Of a stretch of DNA of 41,156 bases, positions 8,993 through 18,317 are shown one piece after another; the stretch's first letter is position 1, and every line of letters starts with the position of its first letter. The translations under genes were made by a program, and so were the position numbers. Source of the DNA: a virus; the IMG/VR virus record IMGVR_UViG_3300010429_001127; one strand, written 5' to 3'. The notes under the pieces are model-generated. The model was not told the DNA's origin, did no database searches, and saw nothing but the letters and a program-made list of their open reading frames with translations.

Positions 8993-9543
8993 TTGACCGC
9001 CTCCAGCTCGACGCTCACATGCGAGACCGTGGCTGCAGCTGCCTCATAGACCTGCTTGGGAGAGACCGCCCGGTACTTCCGGGCGAACCCGGTGTTGCTG
9101 CCGGTGATCTCGTCGCCTTCATAGACGACCGTGCCGGTAGGGAGCAGGACCTTCGCGAGGTTCTGGAACCGCTGCCCGGATTCGAGGTCGACCTTCGTGG
9201 ACCTTGGCCCGACAAACCTGCAGGCGACTCCTGACTGCGTGGCAGCCACTACGATCGGGACGCCCTGGGAAAGGGCATCGGTCGGTGCTGCAGTGCTGGC
9301 CGCGGATCCGGTGGCGCTGGTGATAGTCTCTCCTGACGAGAATGTGCCGGTGAGGACCACATACTGGAGGTAGGTTGCGCCCACGGCGTAGATCGTGCCG
9401 GTTGCATGGGAGGTGCCGCCAGTGATGGTCTGGCCGACCGCGAAGGTGCCGGTGATGGTGCCGATCGCGATCTGCTTGACGTTCTTTCCCAGCCGGCTGA
9501 CAATCGTGCAGGTATGGATAAGGAAGACTGCGGGGAGGACCAT
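8989..9543 (-). CDS. Head closure (stopper)-like protein with inserted beta domain
   Basis: Follows the adaptor; LIHTCTI...VACRF...KVLLP...GDEI pattern. Confidence 0.6.
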   Translation of the reverse strand: MVLPAVFLIHTCTIVSRLGKNVKQIAIGTITGTFAVGQTITGGTSHATGTIYAVGATYLQYVVLTGTFSSGETITSATGSAASTAAPTDALSQGVPIVVAATQSGVACRFVGPRSTKVDLESGQRFQNLAKVLLPTGTVVYEGDEITGSNTGFARKYRAVSPKQVYEAAAATVSHVSVELEAVN

Positions 9544-9939
9544 TTACCGGCACCTCGTGGTTCTGACACGGGATGCCCGGATGCCGCTGCCATTCACCGA
9601 TGCAATATATGCGGCGATCGCATCGGCGGCCTTGGCCTCTGCAGCAACGGCCTCGGTCTCCGGCTGGGTGCTGAAGGAGATATCCCCTCCGAGGTTCAGG
9701 GACCCCGGCCGGCTCAGCTCGTGAGACTGCCGGCGCTTGACCTTGGCGATAGTGAGCTGGATCGATGCGATGTTGAGATCGTCGTTTGCCCCGGTGGGCG
9801 CGGTGAGGCCCTTGCGGCGGAGGATGCCGGCGATCTCCTTGTCGCTCTGTGTGATCATGTTGGTGATGTCCGTGGTCGTGACTGTACCGTGGCTCGTGCC
9901 GATCTCCAGCTCGACTTCAGTGTAAGTACAGTATGCCAT
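9544..9939 (-). CDS. Head-tail adaptor (gp6/gp15-like)
   Basis: MAYCTYTEV start, 131 aa helical, after the capsid genes. Confidence 0.7.
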   Translation of the reverse strand: MAYCTYTEVELEIGTSHGTVTTTDITNMITQSDKEIAGILRRKGLTAPTGANDDLNIASIQLTIAKVKRRQSHELSRPGSLNLGGDISFSTQPETEAVAAEAKAADAIAAYIASVNGSGIRASRVRTTRCR

Positions 9940-10114
9940 CGGTCTCCTCCCGATCTCGTTCCAGCCTGTCTTTTATGGCGCCTTCCCCATCCTGGATTTC
10001 GAGGTACTCGATCTCCGCTTCGGTCAGGGTGCTGCTGTCCAGCTCTCCGGCGTTCTTGTCCCGCTCGTAGCTCCGGGTGAGATACTTGCCGCAGTTCGCC
10101 GTGCTTAAAACCAT
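9917..10114 (-). CDS. Small hypothetical protein after the capsid gene
   Basis: 65 aa ORF filling the gap between MCP and adaptor. Confidence 0.5.
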   Translation of the reverse strand: MVLSTANCGKYLTRSYERDKNAGELDSSTLTEAEIEYLEIQDGEGAIKDRLERDREETDGILYLH

Positions 10115-10135
10115 GAGGGATTGTCTCCCTCTGGC

Positions 10136-11182
10136 TTACGCTCCGCCGTATTCGACGCGGCCGATCGCATTGGCGAGCCCGTACTGGCAGGCAACACGCA
10201 TGGAGACCTTACCGCCCGCGAGGTCGCGGAGCGGGTCGCGGTAGTCCTCGACAAAGAGGTCCTGCCTCATGCCGATGTATCCGACCTTCCGACTGTCGAA
10301 GAGGCACATTCCGATGTAGCCGTCTGTCGGTGCGCCCCAGGTGTATGATGCCGAGGCGGTCGGTGCTGACGTAGTGGTCAGGTCAACCCCGCATTCAAAC
10401 GGCCGGCATCCGAGGATCATCGGGAGCAGGCCCGTGCGCATCTGTTCCTGCGCAACCGGGTTGTAGGCGATCGGGGTGTAGTCCTTGAAGATGTAAGTCT
10501 CGACCTGCGGGTGGTAGATGAACCGGTCGGCCTGGAACCCATCAGCCTTGATGAGTGCCTTGCATTCCCGGATGGCAGCGGCACCACCGAGAGCGGCGAC
10601 AGCGGCGTTGATATCGTACTCGTTCCCTGCGTTGTCGAGAAGGACCTGCAGCATCCACTGGTTGAGGGTATTCTCGCACGCCTGGCCAGCTGCTGCAACT
10701 TCCTGCTCAATGACTGCGAAGAGCGAGTCGTCGACCATCTCCTTGGTACAGAGCGGAATCTCTCCGATCTTCTTCGCGGTCCATGTGCGGGCAGTGTATG
10801 CCTGGTTCTTGACCGTGTATTCCGAACCCTCCTTCACGAACGGTGCATACCTGCCGGAATCCCCAATGTTGATCTGCATTGCGTTGGCGTTCATCGGGAT
10901 GATGGGGATCGCGTCCCGCATGCACCGGGCGGGCTGGGCGCCATCCATAATCGTCCGATTGATCTCGGTCTGGATCAGCGTGGTGGATTCGACTGCCTCC
11001 GAAAGGAGCAGTTCACGGGCGGGCTTGATCTTGCCGTCTGCACCCTCGATCATATACCGTGTGCCTGTCGCCCGCTCGAATGCTGAAAGGTCACGGGAGA
11101 TGATGGTGTTCTGGAGGCGTTTCTGCTCGGAAGAGTCCTGGTTGAATCCGGCCTCAAGAGCCCTGATAAGTAACTGTGTCAT
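10136..11182 (-). CDS. Major capsid protein (HK97 fold)
   Basis: 348 aa; FVKEGSEY, AKKIGEIP..TKEMVDDS and MRVAC motifs; gene order. Confidence 0.9.
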   Translation of the reverse strand: MTQLLIRALEAGFNQDSSEQKRLQNTIISRDLSAFERATGTRYMIEGADGKIKPARELLLSEAVESTTLIQTEINRTIMDGAQPARCMRDAIPIIPMNANAMQINIGDSGRYAPFVKEGSEYTVKNQAYTARTWTAKKIGEIPLCTKEMVDDSLFAVIEQEVAAAGQACENTLNQWMLQVLLDNAGNEYDINAAVAALGGAAAIRECKALIKADGFQADRFIYHPQVETYIFKDYTPIAYNPVAQEQMRTGLLPMILGCRPFECGVDLTTTSAPTASASYTWGAPTDGYIGMCLFDSRKVGYIGMRQDLFVEDYRDPLRDLAGGKVSMRVACQYGLANAIGRVEYGGA

Positions 11183-11198
11183 GGTTTTCGGTCCCTCC

Positions 11199-11678
11199 TT
11201 AGCTCGCCAGCGTGTGCTGCGGGCTGGTCAGAATGATGATCTTCACCTTCGATCCGACCGTGGCTGCTCCGAGAGTAGAGTCTTCAAGGGTCTTGCCGAT
11301 CGCTGCTGTGGACTGGGCAGCCTGGGTGGCCGCGTGTGCCCCAATCGCCGGGTCATATTCGACGACAGTGCCGGCAACTGCTCCGACCATGACCCAGTGA
11401 CCCGCGTCGATCGCGGAGTCGTCGGCTTCCATGGTGACTGTCACGATAGATCCATCCATCGCGACGGTCACATCCTGTCCGGAGGTTGCGGAATTGAGGG
11501 CAACCCCGACAACAGCACCGGTGCTGGTGGTCGCGGGATGGACTGTGCCGCTGACGCCGGTGTCGGCAAAGGCGACGACCTGATCCATCAGGATCGTTGC
11601 GCCCGCTTTGAAGGTCCGTGTCGGACCGGTGGGCCGTTCGGGTTTCGGGTCGAATGCGACAAACGTTGTGGCTGTCAT
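11199..11678 (-). CDS. Capsid decoration/cement protein (DUF2190-like)
   Basis: FKAGATI...VVGVALNSA..GQDVTVAMDG; between protease/scaffold and MCP. Confidence 0.65.
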   Translation of the reverse strand: MTATTFVAFDPKPERPTGPTRTFKAGATILMDQVVAFADTGVSGTVHPATTSTGAVVGVALNSATSGQDVTVAMDGSIVTVTMEADDSAIDAGHWVMVGAVAGTVVEYDPAIGAHAATQAAQSTAAIGKTLEDSTLGAATVGSKVKIIILTSPQHTLAS

Positions 11679-11679
11679 G

Positions 11680-12678
11680 TTACTGGCCTCCGATAGTGCC
11701 CTTCTTCCGGTCTACAGGGATGTAGAACTCCGGCAGGGCTTCGAGCTCCTTGCCGCAAGCGGCGCCGGTCTTGACGGTGCCGTCTTTCTCCAGGGCATCG
11801 ACACGGTCCGCGAGGGCCTTGATCGCTGCGGGAAGTGCTGCGAGTTCCTTGATCTGCCCGGGGAGTTCCGCGAGTTCCTTGGGGATCTCCGGTGCCTTGA
11901 CCTCGGCGGGCTTCTGCGCTGCCTTGACAGCCTCCAGCTCCTTCATGATGGGGGCGGTGGCTGCCGTTACCGCGGCAGTAATTGCCGCTTCAAGTTCCTT
12001 GTTGTCTGCCATAATTTCCTGCTCCACCGGCTTGTCTGCCGGGGTTGTCTCTTCTGCCGGTGCGGCCTCGTTGATCCTGCAAACTTTGCAGGCTCCCTTG
12101 TTGACGAAGGCAAAGCCCCCGAAGACAAGGCTCGCGGCCTCCATACGGCGGGTCAGCGGGTTCTCCGCTTCATCGCCCCCGTGTTCGACGGAAACGTACC
12201 GGATGTTCTTCCGCTTGATCAGTTCCTGCATGGCCCGGCCGTTCGGGGTGCTGCCGTAGACGAGGAGATCAGAGAGGACTGCGGCGCGGGTGGTGCCCTC
12301 CTCGTCCGTGATATGACCAAAATGCGGGTTGATGGCCTCGCTCACCCTGTTGCTGTCGTCGCGGGGCTTCCACCCTGGGGCATTGGGATCCCCGTTATGG
12401 CGGTTGAATCCGGTCCTCCGGATCCAGTTCCCGGCGTATGCTTCGAGAGTCTTCGCGGGGTAGAAAAGCGGGGTTTTGACTGCGGAGTCTGTCCACTCTC
12501 CTTCAGCCAGGAGCGGCACGTCCCTGATCAGGAGATCGCCGTTTTCCAGCTCGAAGAGGTTGGACGGTTTGAATGCGACCTGCAGCGCCCGGTGTGAGAT
12601 GCTGCCGGCAGGCTGCTGGTCGGAGCCTCCGGTGGGGAACGATGCATCGGGCGGAGAATTAGGACCCTTTTCGGGCAT
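11680..12678 (-). CDS. Putative prohead protease-scaffold protein
   Basis: Globular N-domain (IRDVPLLAEGEW, VSVE, GFAFV) plus Ala/Glu/Pro-rich coiled C-terminus; position. Confidence 0.65.
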   Translation of the reverse strand: MPEKGPNSPPDASFPTGGSDQQPAGSISHRALQVAFKPSNLFELENGDLLIRDVPLLAEGEWTDSAVKTPLFYPAKTLEAYAGNWIRRTGFNRHNGDPNAPGWKPRDDSNRVSEAINPHFGHITDEEGTTRAAVLSDLLVYGSTPNGRAMQELIKRKNIRYVSVEHGGDEAENPLTRRMEAASLVFGGFAFVNKGACKVCRINEAAPAEETTPADKPVEQEIMADNKELEAAITAAVTAATAPIMKELEAVKAAQKPAEVKAPEIPKELAELPGQIKELAALPAAIKALADRVDALEKDGTVKTGAACGKELEALPEFYIPVDRKKGTIGGQ

Positions 12679-12711
12679 GTAGATATATGAAACTCAAGAG
12701 GTATAGTTTGG

Positions 12712-12717
12712 TTTATA
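12712..12717 (-). promoter_or_regulatory. Putative TATA box (TATAAA) for the capsid operon
   Basis: About 34 nt upstream of ATG 12678 in an AT-rich gap. Confidence 0.55.
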
Positions 12718-12721
12718 CGGA

Positions 12722-12889
12722 CTAACAGGCTGCACGGGCCCGGTGGCAGTAATCGATGATGCCTTTTCGGGTTCGCGGGATACCATAGAGAAGAGTGAGG
12801 TGGGCGGCAATCTCACCGTGAGAGAGCCGGCCCTGTGTGACGCTGATGTATGCCCGCTCGAGAGTGAAGAGGTGGACCCCGCTGGTCAT
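12722..12889 (-). CDS. Small HTH-like protein (55 aa)
   Basis: Not in ORF track; ATGA-coupled; MTSGVHLFTLERAYISVTQGRLSHGEIAAHLTLLYGIPRTRKGIIDYCHRARAAC. Confidence 0.55.
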   Translation of the reverse strand: MTSGVHLFTLERAYISVTQGRLSHGEIAAHLTLLYGIPRTRKGIIDYCHRARAAC

Positions 12890-13098
12890 CGCATCCCGTG
12901 GCTCGCCTTGCAGTTTCGTTCGAGCTGTGCGATCCGCTTTTCCAGATCAAGGTTGGCGAGCTCCAGCGCCTCCACGCGATCCTCCACGGCCGGGGGCTGC
13001 ACGGCCATCGGGAACGGGACCTCTTCAGGAGTCTCAACGATCTCTTCTGCGGGCTGTTCCTGCTGGGGTTTTGGGGGTTTCTGGTTATGTTTTGACAT
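12886..13098 (-). CDS. Small hypothetical protein with coiled coil
   Basis: ATG 13098 preceded by AGGAGG; MSKHNQKPP... Confidence 0.6.
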   Translation of the reverse strand: MSKHNQKPPKPQQEQPAEEIVETPEEVPFPMAVQPPAVEDRVEALELANLDLEKRIAQLERNCKASHGMR

Positions 13099-13100
13099 CC

Positions 13101-13940
13101 TTATCCTCCTTTCTTCCGGTAGAGCTCGCAGCACCGGCAGTTGACGTGCCCCGGTGGCGCCTGGACTCCTGAGGAGTGCCGTTCGTTGACCGGGATCCAG
13201 CCGTCAGCCTGGTTGCCCCGGCACAGGTCCGATACGCGATCGTCTTCTGAAGTCTGGTAGAATTTCTCCATCTCGATACCTTCATCCTCGATGGTGTCAA
13301 TGAAAGCGCGGTTCCCGGCCTCATATGCCTGCGCTGATTCGTGGACTGCGATGGTCCGGGCCCGTTCCTCGGTGACCCCGGCAAAGAACTTCTGGATCTC
13401 CCGTGCGGTGTCGCCATAGGACCAGCCTTCATCGAGGCCCTGGACCACCACCTTCTTCAGGTCATCGGCCGTGGTCTGCTGGATCCCCTTGATGTAGTCG
13501 ATGGTTCCGCCATGCTGCCGGAACCATGAGACGGCCCGGGGGTTTGACAGCCTGAAATCAATCTCGGGGTTGAACAGCGCTTTTGCCTGGTCCGCGCCTT
13601 TCAGCAGGGCGTCCCGTTCGATATCGAGAACCGTTTTTTGGAGATCCTTGGTGGTCTCCGCCTCGATGCTTTTCCAGATGTCCTGCCAGCGTTTGAGTGC
13701 GGCAGGATCGACCGGATGCTTCGCTTCCATGGTCCGCACGGGCCCTGCGGCCGGCTGCTGCGGGAAAAACTCCTGCATGTACCAGAACCGCAGGATGGCG
13801 AGGTGGGCCTGGTTCTCGAAGAATGCCCGGACTCCGGGCTGGTGGATGCGGGCGAGGCTGTCTTTTTCGCGGATCTTCTGGAGCGCGATGGCGGCGCGGG
13901 CGAACTGATTGATGGCCCGGGTGAGGCTGATGGGGATCAG
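13101..13940 (-). CDS. Head morphogenesis protein (Mu gpF / SPP1 gp7 family)
   Basis: RARTIAVHES, PPGHVNCRC motifs; frame open to CTG 13940, which overlaps the portal stop. Confidence 0.85.
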   Translation of the reverse strand: MIPISLTRAINQFARAAIALQKIREKDSLARIHQPGVRAFFENQAHLAILRFWYMQEFFPQQPAAGPVRTMEAKHPVDPAALKRWQDIWKSIEAETTKDLQKTVLDIERDALLKGADQAKALFNPEIDFRLSNPRAVSWFRQHGGTIDYIKGIQQTTADDLKKVVVQGLDEGWSYGDTAREIQKFFAGVTEERARTIAVHESAQAYEAGNRAFIDTIEDEGIEMEKFYQTSEDDRVSDLCRGNQADGWIPVNERHSSGVQAPPGHVNCRCCELYRKKGG

Positions 13941-15337
13941 GATCCGATCCCCCTCACAACTTCGGACAATTCATGCGCAGCGGCGGCCATCTGTTTTTCA
14001 GCGGCAGCAACCTGGTCGGTCGGCATCATGCCGGGGTTGCCTGGCCTCTGGCGGGAGAACCAGTCCATCAGGTTGGTCTGGCCCGGATCAGATGGCGCCG
14101 GATCTTCGGGCACTTCCGGGATCCCGAGGTCGGCATTAGTCGGGATCTTCAGGCGCTGCCGGCACCACTGCCAGGGCGCGACCTTCTCGGGATACTGGCC
14201 GGCCCGGAGCTGCGCGAGGGCTCCTGCGATCTGCACGAAATCCTCTGGGTTGGCGTCGGCGAGTTTCATCTTGATCAGGCCGGGAATCCTGGTCACCTTG
14301 TCGATGACGTTCAGGTTCCACAGGCTCTCGATATCGCGCTGGACGATCTTGGTTTTCTTAAGGAACGACCCGATCCGGGAGACGGCCGTGGCGTCGGTGG
14401 TGCCTTGCCGGAGCCCGAGAAGTTCCGGTGGCACGCCCATGCCAGCGCAGACCCGGAAGAGCATGACATCCGAATACTGCTGGATGTTCGGGACGCCGGT
14501 GGTGTCGATCACTGTCATCTTGACGTCGCCTTCGTAGAGGAAATTGTCTTTCGAATTGAAGTCCTTCTGGCTATCTTCGATCTCTTTCCACTTGACTTCC
14601 GAGAGGGGTGCAGCGTCGGGACGGCTGGCATTGACTGTCGTGCAATATTTCGGGGTGCCATGCAGGTGGACCCCATTCGCGATCGCTTCCGCCGTCCGGG
14701 TATCCCGCTTGATGTCGTGGACCGTGCGTTCGACGATCGAGATCCCGTACGGGGAGTCTGACCGGCTGAGGAACTGGTAATGCAGGACCTGTGCGGGTTT
14801 GAGGAGGATTGGTGAGATGGTGTTCCCCCGGTTGTCACAGACCTGGTCGTAAGATATGATCGCGCCTTTGACGTTGGTGCGGAACTCAAAGCACTCTGCA
14901 GGGCGGGGGACGACATTCACGGGCACGTCTGCCAGCTGCCCATTGCCATATACGATCTCCGCGATGCCATCCCGCACGGTTTCCGCGTCGGTCGAGAGTT
15001 GCCACTGGACGTCGAAGAAGTTGATCCGGTCGAAGAACTCTTTCACGAGCTGTTTCTCGTTCTCTCCATCAGTCCCGGACTTCTCGGCTATCTTCTTATC
15101 GATCTCCAGCTCGAACCCCCCGCCGATTGCAAAGATCGGGAACAGGTCCGCACCCTCGGAAATATATCCCCCCTGGAGGTAGATGTTCCGGAATCCCCGC
15201 ATCCGCGAGAACGTGCGTGTCGGATCCTGCGTGAGGTCCAGTACGCTTTTCGTATCCCATGCCTTCGCCCGCGTCTGCGCTGCATCGGTCGGGCCTTCGA
15301 GGAGCGATAGCTCCTTTCCAAATACTCGTAATCTCAT
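13937..15337 (-). CDS. Portal protein
   Basis: 466 aa after TerL; PYGISIVE, GVPPELLG motifs. Confidence 0.85.
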   Translation of the reverse strand: MRLRVFGKELSLLEGPTDAAQTRAKAWDTKSVLDLTQDPTRTFSRMRGFRNIYLQGGYISEGADLFPIFAIGGGFELEIDKKIAEKSGTDGENEKQLVKEFFDRINFFDVQWQLSTDAETVRDGIAEIVYGNGQLADVPVNVVPRPAECFEFRTNVKGAIISYDQVCDNRGNTISPILLKPAQVLHYQFLSRSDSPYGISIVERTVHDIKRDTRTAEAIANGVHLHGTPKYCTTVNASRPDAAPLSEVKWKEIEDSQKDFNSKDNFLYEGDVKMTVIDTTGVPNIQQYSDVMLFRVCAGMGVPPELLGLRQGTTDATAVSRIGSFLKKTKIVQRDIESLWNLNVIDKVTRIPGLIKMKLADANPEDFVQIAGALAQLRAGQYPEKVAPWQWCRQRLKIPTNADLGIPEVPEDPAPSDPGQTNLMDWFSRQRPGNPGMMPTDQVAAAEKQMAAAAHELSEVVRGIGS

Positions 15338-16671
15338 GTTCTCGCCTTCTCATTCGTCCGCCCGGTTGCCCGGATGTGGCCGCCGGTATTCCCTGACAGT
15401 TCCGTGAGCGCCCAGACGAGCGCGTCGAGCCGATCTGGGCTGTCCATCTCATCCTGCACAAGCGGGGCATAGCTGCACATCTGATCCTCAAGTTCCGGGA
15501 ATTCCCCGACGTGGTGGACCTTGCCCTGCTCATAGAGTGCCGCGATGGGTTCCGCCCGCACGATCTTCCCCCTGCTGGCGTGGACCTGTTTGAACGGGAT
15601 CGCGGGCCGGATGCGCCGGACGTTCATCTCCACGAGGTCGCCGCCGTTGTTCGTCTCACCCACCACGAGGTCGGCCTCCTGATCGTCAAACACCGTAACG
15701 ACTGCCGTGCCCCATGTGTTCGGGCTGGCCTGCTCCTGGGTGACATCCCGGGTCACGTAGTACTCGCCCCGGGCGTCGACCCCTGCTGCAATAATGCCGG
15801 TCGAGTTGCTGCCTTCCTTCGCGGTCACTGCGGGATCTACCGCAATCACTATACGGCGGAGGTCCGGGCATTTCACCACGCGGGCGGCGTCGATGGTCTG
15901 GTGGGTCCAGAGCGCTCCCTCGACATCGTCCAGCCATTCCCCATCCTTGAACCGGGACCGTTTCCGGGCGGTCAGGGCGCCGAGTACCGTTTCGATATAA
16001 TCATCCGGCAGGTTGGCCCGGTTGCCTTCCGGGTTCATCCGCTGCTCTGCATAGAGGTCCGGGCGGGCGATCTTCACCTTGGTTTCCGGGTCGATATGCT
16101 GGAAGAACAGTTTATACAGCCAGTGACTCTTTGTCGGGGGATTGCAGTCGAAATAGAATTTATTGACCAGCCCGGCCTTCTGCGCGAGCCGTGTCTGTGC
16201 GATGCTGACTGATGAATACGGGATCTGGCTGCTCTCGTTGAAGTAAATGGTCGAGAACTCTTTGCCGAGGATTTTCTCCGTCCGATCCTTGTCATCGAGC
16301 CCGCCGATCCATAACTCCGAGCCGTTCGGGAACATTATAAAAAAATCCTCCCGGTTCCACTTGATCAGCGGCGCGATCTTGTGCAGTTCCGGATCCTTCT
16401 CGATAACATCCGGCAGCGTCTCCATGAAGATCGACTGTTTGACGTGGTTGAACCGGAGCCGGAAGATGACATGGCGGGACCGCGGGGCCTTCAGCGCCCG
16501 GATGCAGAGCGCCCGGACGAGAATGAACGTCTTGCCGCTCCGGCTGCCGCCATGCAGGAGCACCCACCGGTAAGCACCGTTGAGCAGTGCCGTGGCTTTC
16601 CGCTGGTCTGCCGTCTTATGAAACGCGGGCGGTTGTTGATATTGTATCGGCATGGCGGCTGCGGTGCTCAT
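15334..16671 (-). CDS. terL: Terminase large subunit
   Basis: Walker A HGGSRSGKT, FNES Walker B, nuclease VDPA and DRLDALVWA. Confidence 0.95.
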   Translation of the reverse strand: MSTAAAMPIQYQQPPAFHKTADQRKATALLNGAYRWVLLHGGSRSGKTFILVRALCIRALKAPRSRHVIFRLRFNHVKQSIFMETLPDVIEKDPELHKIAPLIKWNREDFFIMFPNGSELWIGGLDDKDRTEKILGKEFSTIYFNESSQIPYSSVSIAQTRLAQKAGLVNKFYFDCNPPTKSHWLYKLFFQHIDPETKVKIARPDLYAEQRMNPEGNRANLPDDYIETVLGALTARKRSRFKDGEWLDDVEGALWTHQTIDAARVVKCPDLRRIVIAVDPAVTAKEGSNSTGIIAAGVDARGEYYVTRDVTQEQASPNTWGTAVVTVFDDQEADLVVGETNNGGDLVEMNVRRIRPAIPFKQVHASRGKIVRAEPIAALYEQGKVHHVGEFPELEDQMCSYAPLVQDEMDSPDRLDALVWALTELSGNTGGHIRATGRTNEKART

Positions 16672-17129
16672 AGATTCTCATCCTCCTTATCGAAGTGCAG
16701 GACCATATTGCCAGTATGCTCTATGTCATGCTTGTCGCGCCAGTCTTTTGACTGCCGGTTCTTGAGCCAGAAGATCTGTGCGGTAACGTCCGGGGCAACT
16801 TGTTTTGTCGTTGTCGTGGTGATAGCCCCTTCCGGACCCTCTTTCACCGAAATTTCCGTATATTCGTACCCGCAAGCCCGCTGATAGAGCGATGCCACGA
16901 CCACGCTGTCCGCCTGATCCTTATTCTTTTTTATGGCATCAGCAAATTCAGGAAATTGTCTCCGCCACTGATTGAGGGTTTCCGGGGTTACGCCGAGAGC
17001 GCCTGCTATCTCCGGGTTCGTTTTTCCCATAAGTGCGAGATCCCCCGCTTTTTGGGGGTGAATTTCAGGATTATACAGGCTCTTGCGACCCCGTTTCTTC
17101 TTCTTTTCAGGCGGTAATTTCTTTGTCAT
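16668..17129 (-). CDS. terS: Terminase small subunit
   Basis: RGRKSLY, HTH (EIAGALGVTPETLNQW), AQIFWLKNR..DWRDK. Confidence 0.9.
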   Translation of the reverse strand: MTKKLPPEKKKKRGRKSLYNPEIHPQKAGDLALMGKTNPEIAGALGVTPETLNQWRRQFPEFADAIKKNKDQADSVVVASLYQRACGYEYTEISVKEGPEGAITTTTTKQVAPDVTAQIFWLKNRQSKDWRDKHDIEHTGNMVLHFDKEDENL

Positions 17130-17141
17130 AATTAACCCGAA

Positions 17142-17339
17142 TTACGGCACCAGCGGTGCATTATGCCAGTCGTTCTCAAGGTGACAGACCACATAGGCTG
17201 CACGGTCATCAACCGGGATCTGGATGCTCACATGCCACTGACATTTCTTACAGACACCAAGCGGAACCGGCGGCATATACTCCCGCGGGCATTTCACATG
17301 ATTGAGGGTGCCTCTTTCATCACTTATGAGGAGCTTCAT
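17142..17339 (-). CDS. Small Cys/His-rich protein
   Basis: CPR...CKKCQWH...CH; 65 aa. Confidence 0.5.
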   Translation of the reverse strand: MKLLISDERGTLNHVKCPREYMPPVPLGVCKKCQWHVSIQIPVDDRAAYVVCHLENDWHNAPLVP

Positions 17340-17485
17340 TAGTACCCCCGCCTCTTTGCATACAGCAGGACGCTCTCAACGATCAGGTACGCAATACCAA
17401 GCCCGACGATCACCAGCGCAACAGCGAACGGCAGCCGCTCAACCGGAGGGATGACAACACTCAGGAGCGGGTGCCCAGGGATCAT
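17339..17485 (-). CDS. Small single-pass membrane protein
   Basis: ATGA-coupled start at 17485; FAVALVIVGLGIAYLIV followed by basic KRR. Confidence 0.55.
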   Translation of the reverse strand: MIPGHPLLSVVIPPVERLPFAVALVIVGLGIAYLIVESVLLYAKRRGY

Positions 17486-18210
17486 GCACCGCTCCCGACC
17501 GCTGCTTTCTCCACCCGCACCCCGGCCTGCACTGCAGTCAGCATATCGGTCGTGCACGATTTGACCGTATACCTGCGTCCGCCATCGGGTTCGATCGAGA
17601 ACTCCGAACGGTCGAAGACCAGATAGACCGGCCCCTCCTGGTTCCGGACGCAGATGAAGTTCCGCTCCGGGAGGGTGAGCATCACGAATGAGGTGCGGGA
17701 GGCAAGCGAATCGAACCGGATCGCAGGGTCCTCCGCGAAGAGGTTCCGGACACGGCCATGGCTGCCATCGAGCCCGGGGTTGCGGTCCATGTACCAGTTC
17801 GCGGGGTCCTGCCGGGCGAGGTTGATATAGAACTCGTTCCTGCGGCAGAGCATCTCGTACAGGACCTTGTCGGCCGGCTCCAGGATCTCGTCGTTCTCCC
17901 AGAGGACGAGGAAATACAGGAACGGTTTCCAGAGCTTCTCTTTCCGCTGCGCGTTGCCGTCGACGTCATACCAGGACTCCTTTGCGATCTCGTAGAGGGT
18001 CCGGCGGCTGCCGGTCAGGCCGTCGATCCACCCCTGCGGGATATCGGGCAGCAATCGGACGATCTGGCGGAGCGGCTCTTTCATGAGCCAATGGAAGAGG
18101 ATGCTGTCGTAGTTGGCCTCCGCCCAGTCCTCCGGGGTGTTGATGCCGTGGATCTTCTGCCGCCCGCCGAACCATTCGAGGACCTTGTTACGGAACCGGA
18201 GGAACGTCAT
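17482..18210 (-). CDS. Hypothetical protein (242 aa)
   Basis: Long ORF with operon-type spacing; no family recognised. Confidence 0.7.
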   Translation of the reverse strand: MTFLRFRNKVLEWFGGRQKIHGINTPEDWAEANYDSILFHWLMKEPLRQIVRLLPDIPQGWIDGLTGSRRTLYEIAKESWYDVDGNAQRKEKLWKPFLYFLVLWENDEILEPADKVLYEMLCRRNEFYINLARQDPANWYMDRNPGLDGSHGRVRNLFAEDPAIRFDSLASRTSFVMLTLPERNFICVRNQEGPVYLVFDRSEFSIEPDGGRRYTVKSCTTDMLTAVQAGVRVEKAAVGSGA

Positions 18211-18317
18211 TTCAGGTCAGGGCCTCGCCCCTCGCGCACATCTCTCTGCATTTCTGAAGGTCCGGGTAGTATGCACAATCGGCATCATTGGGTTGCATTC
18301 CGCACAGAGTCGTCGCA

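Noticed and set aside
18211-18317. Possible 33-aa ORF between 18318-18629 and 17482-18210
   Set aside because: Two frames give similarly plausible short peptides and neither is supported.
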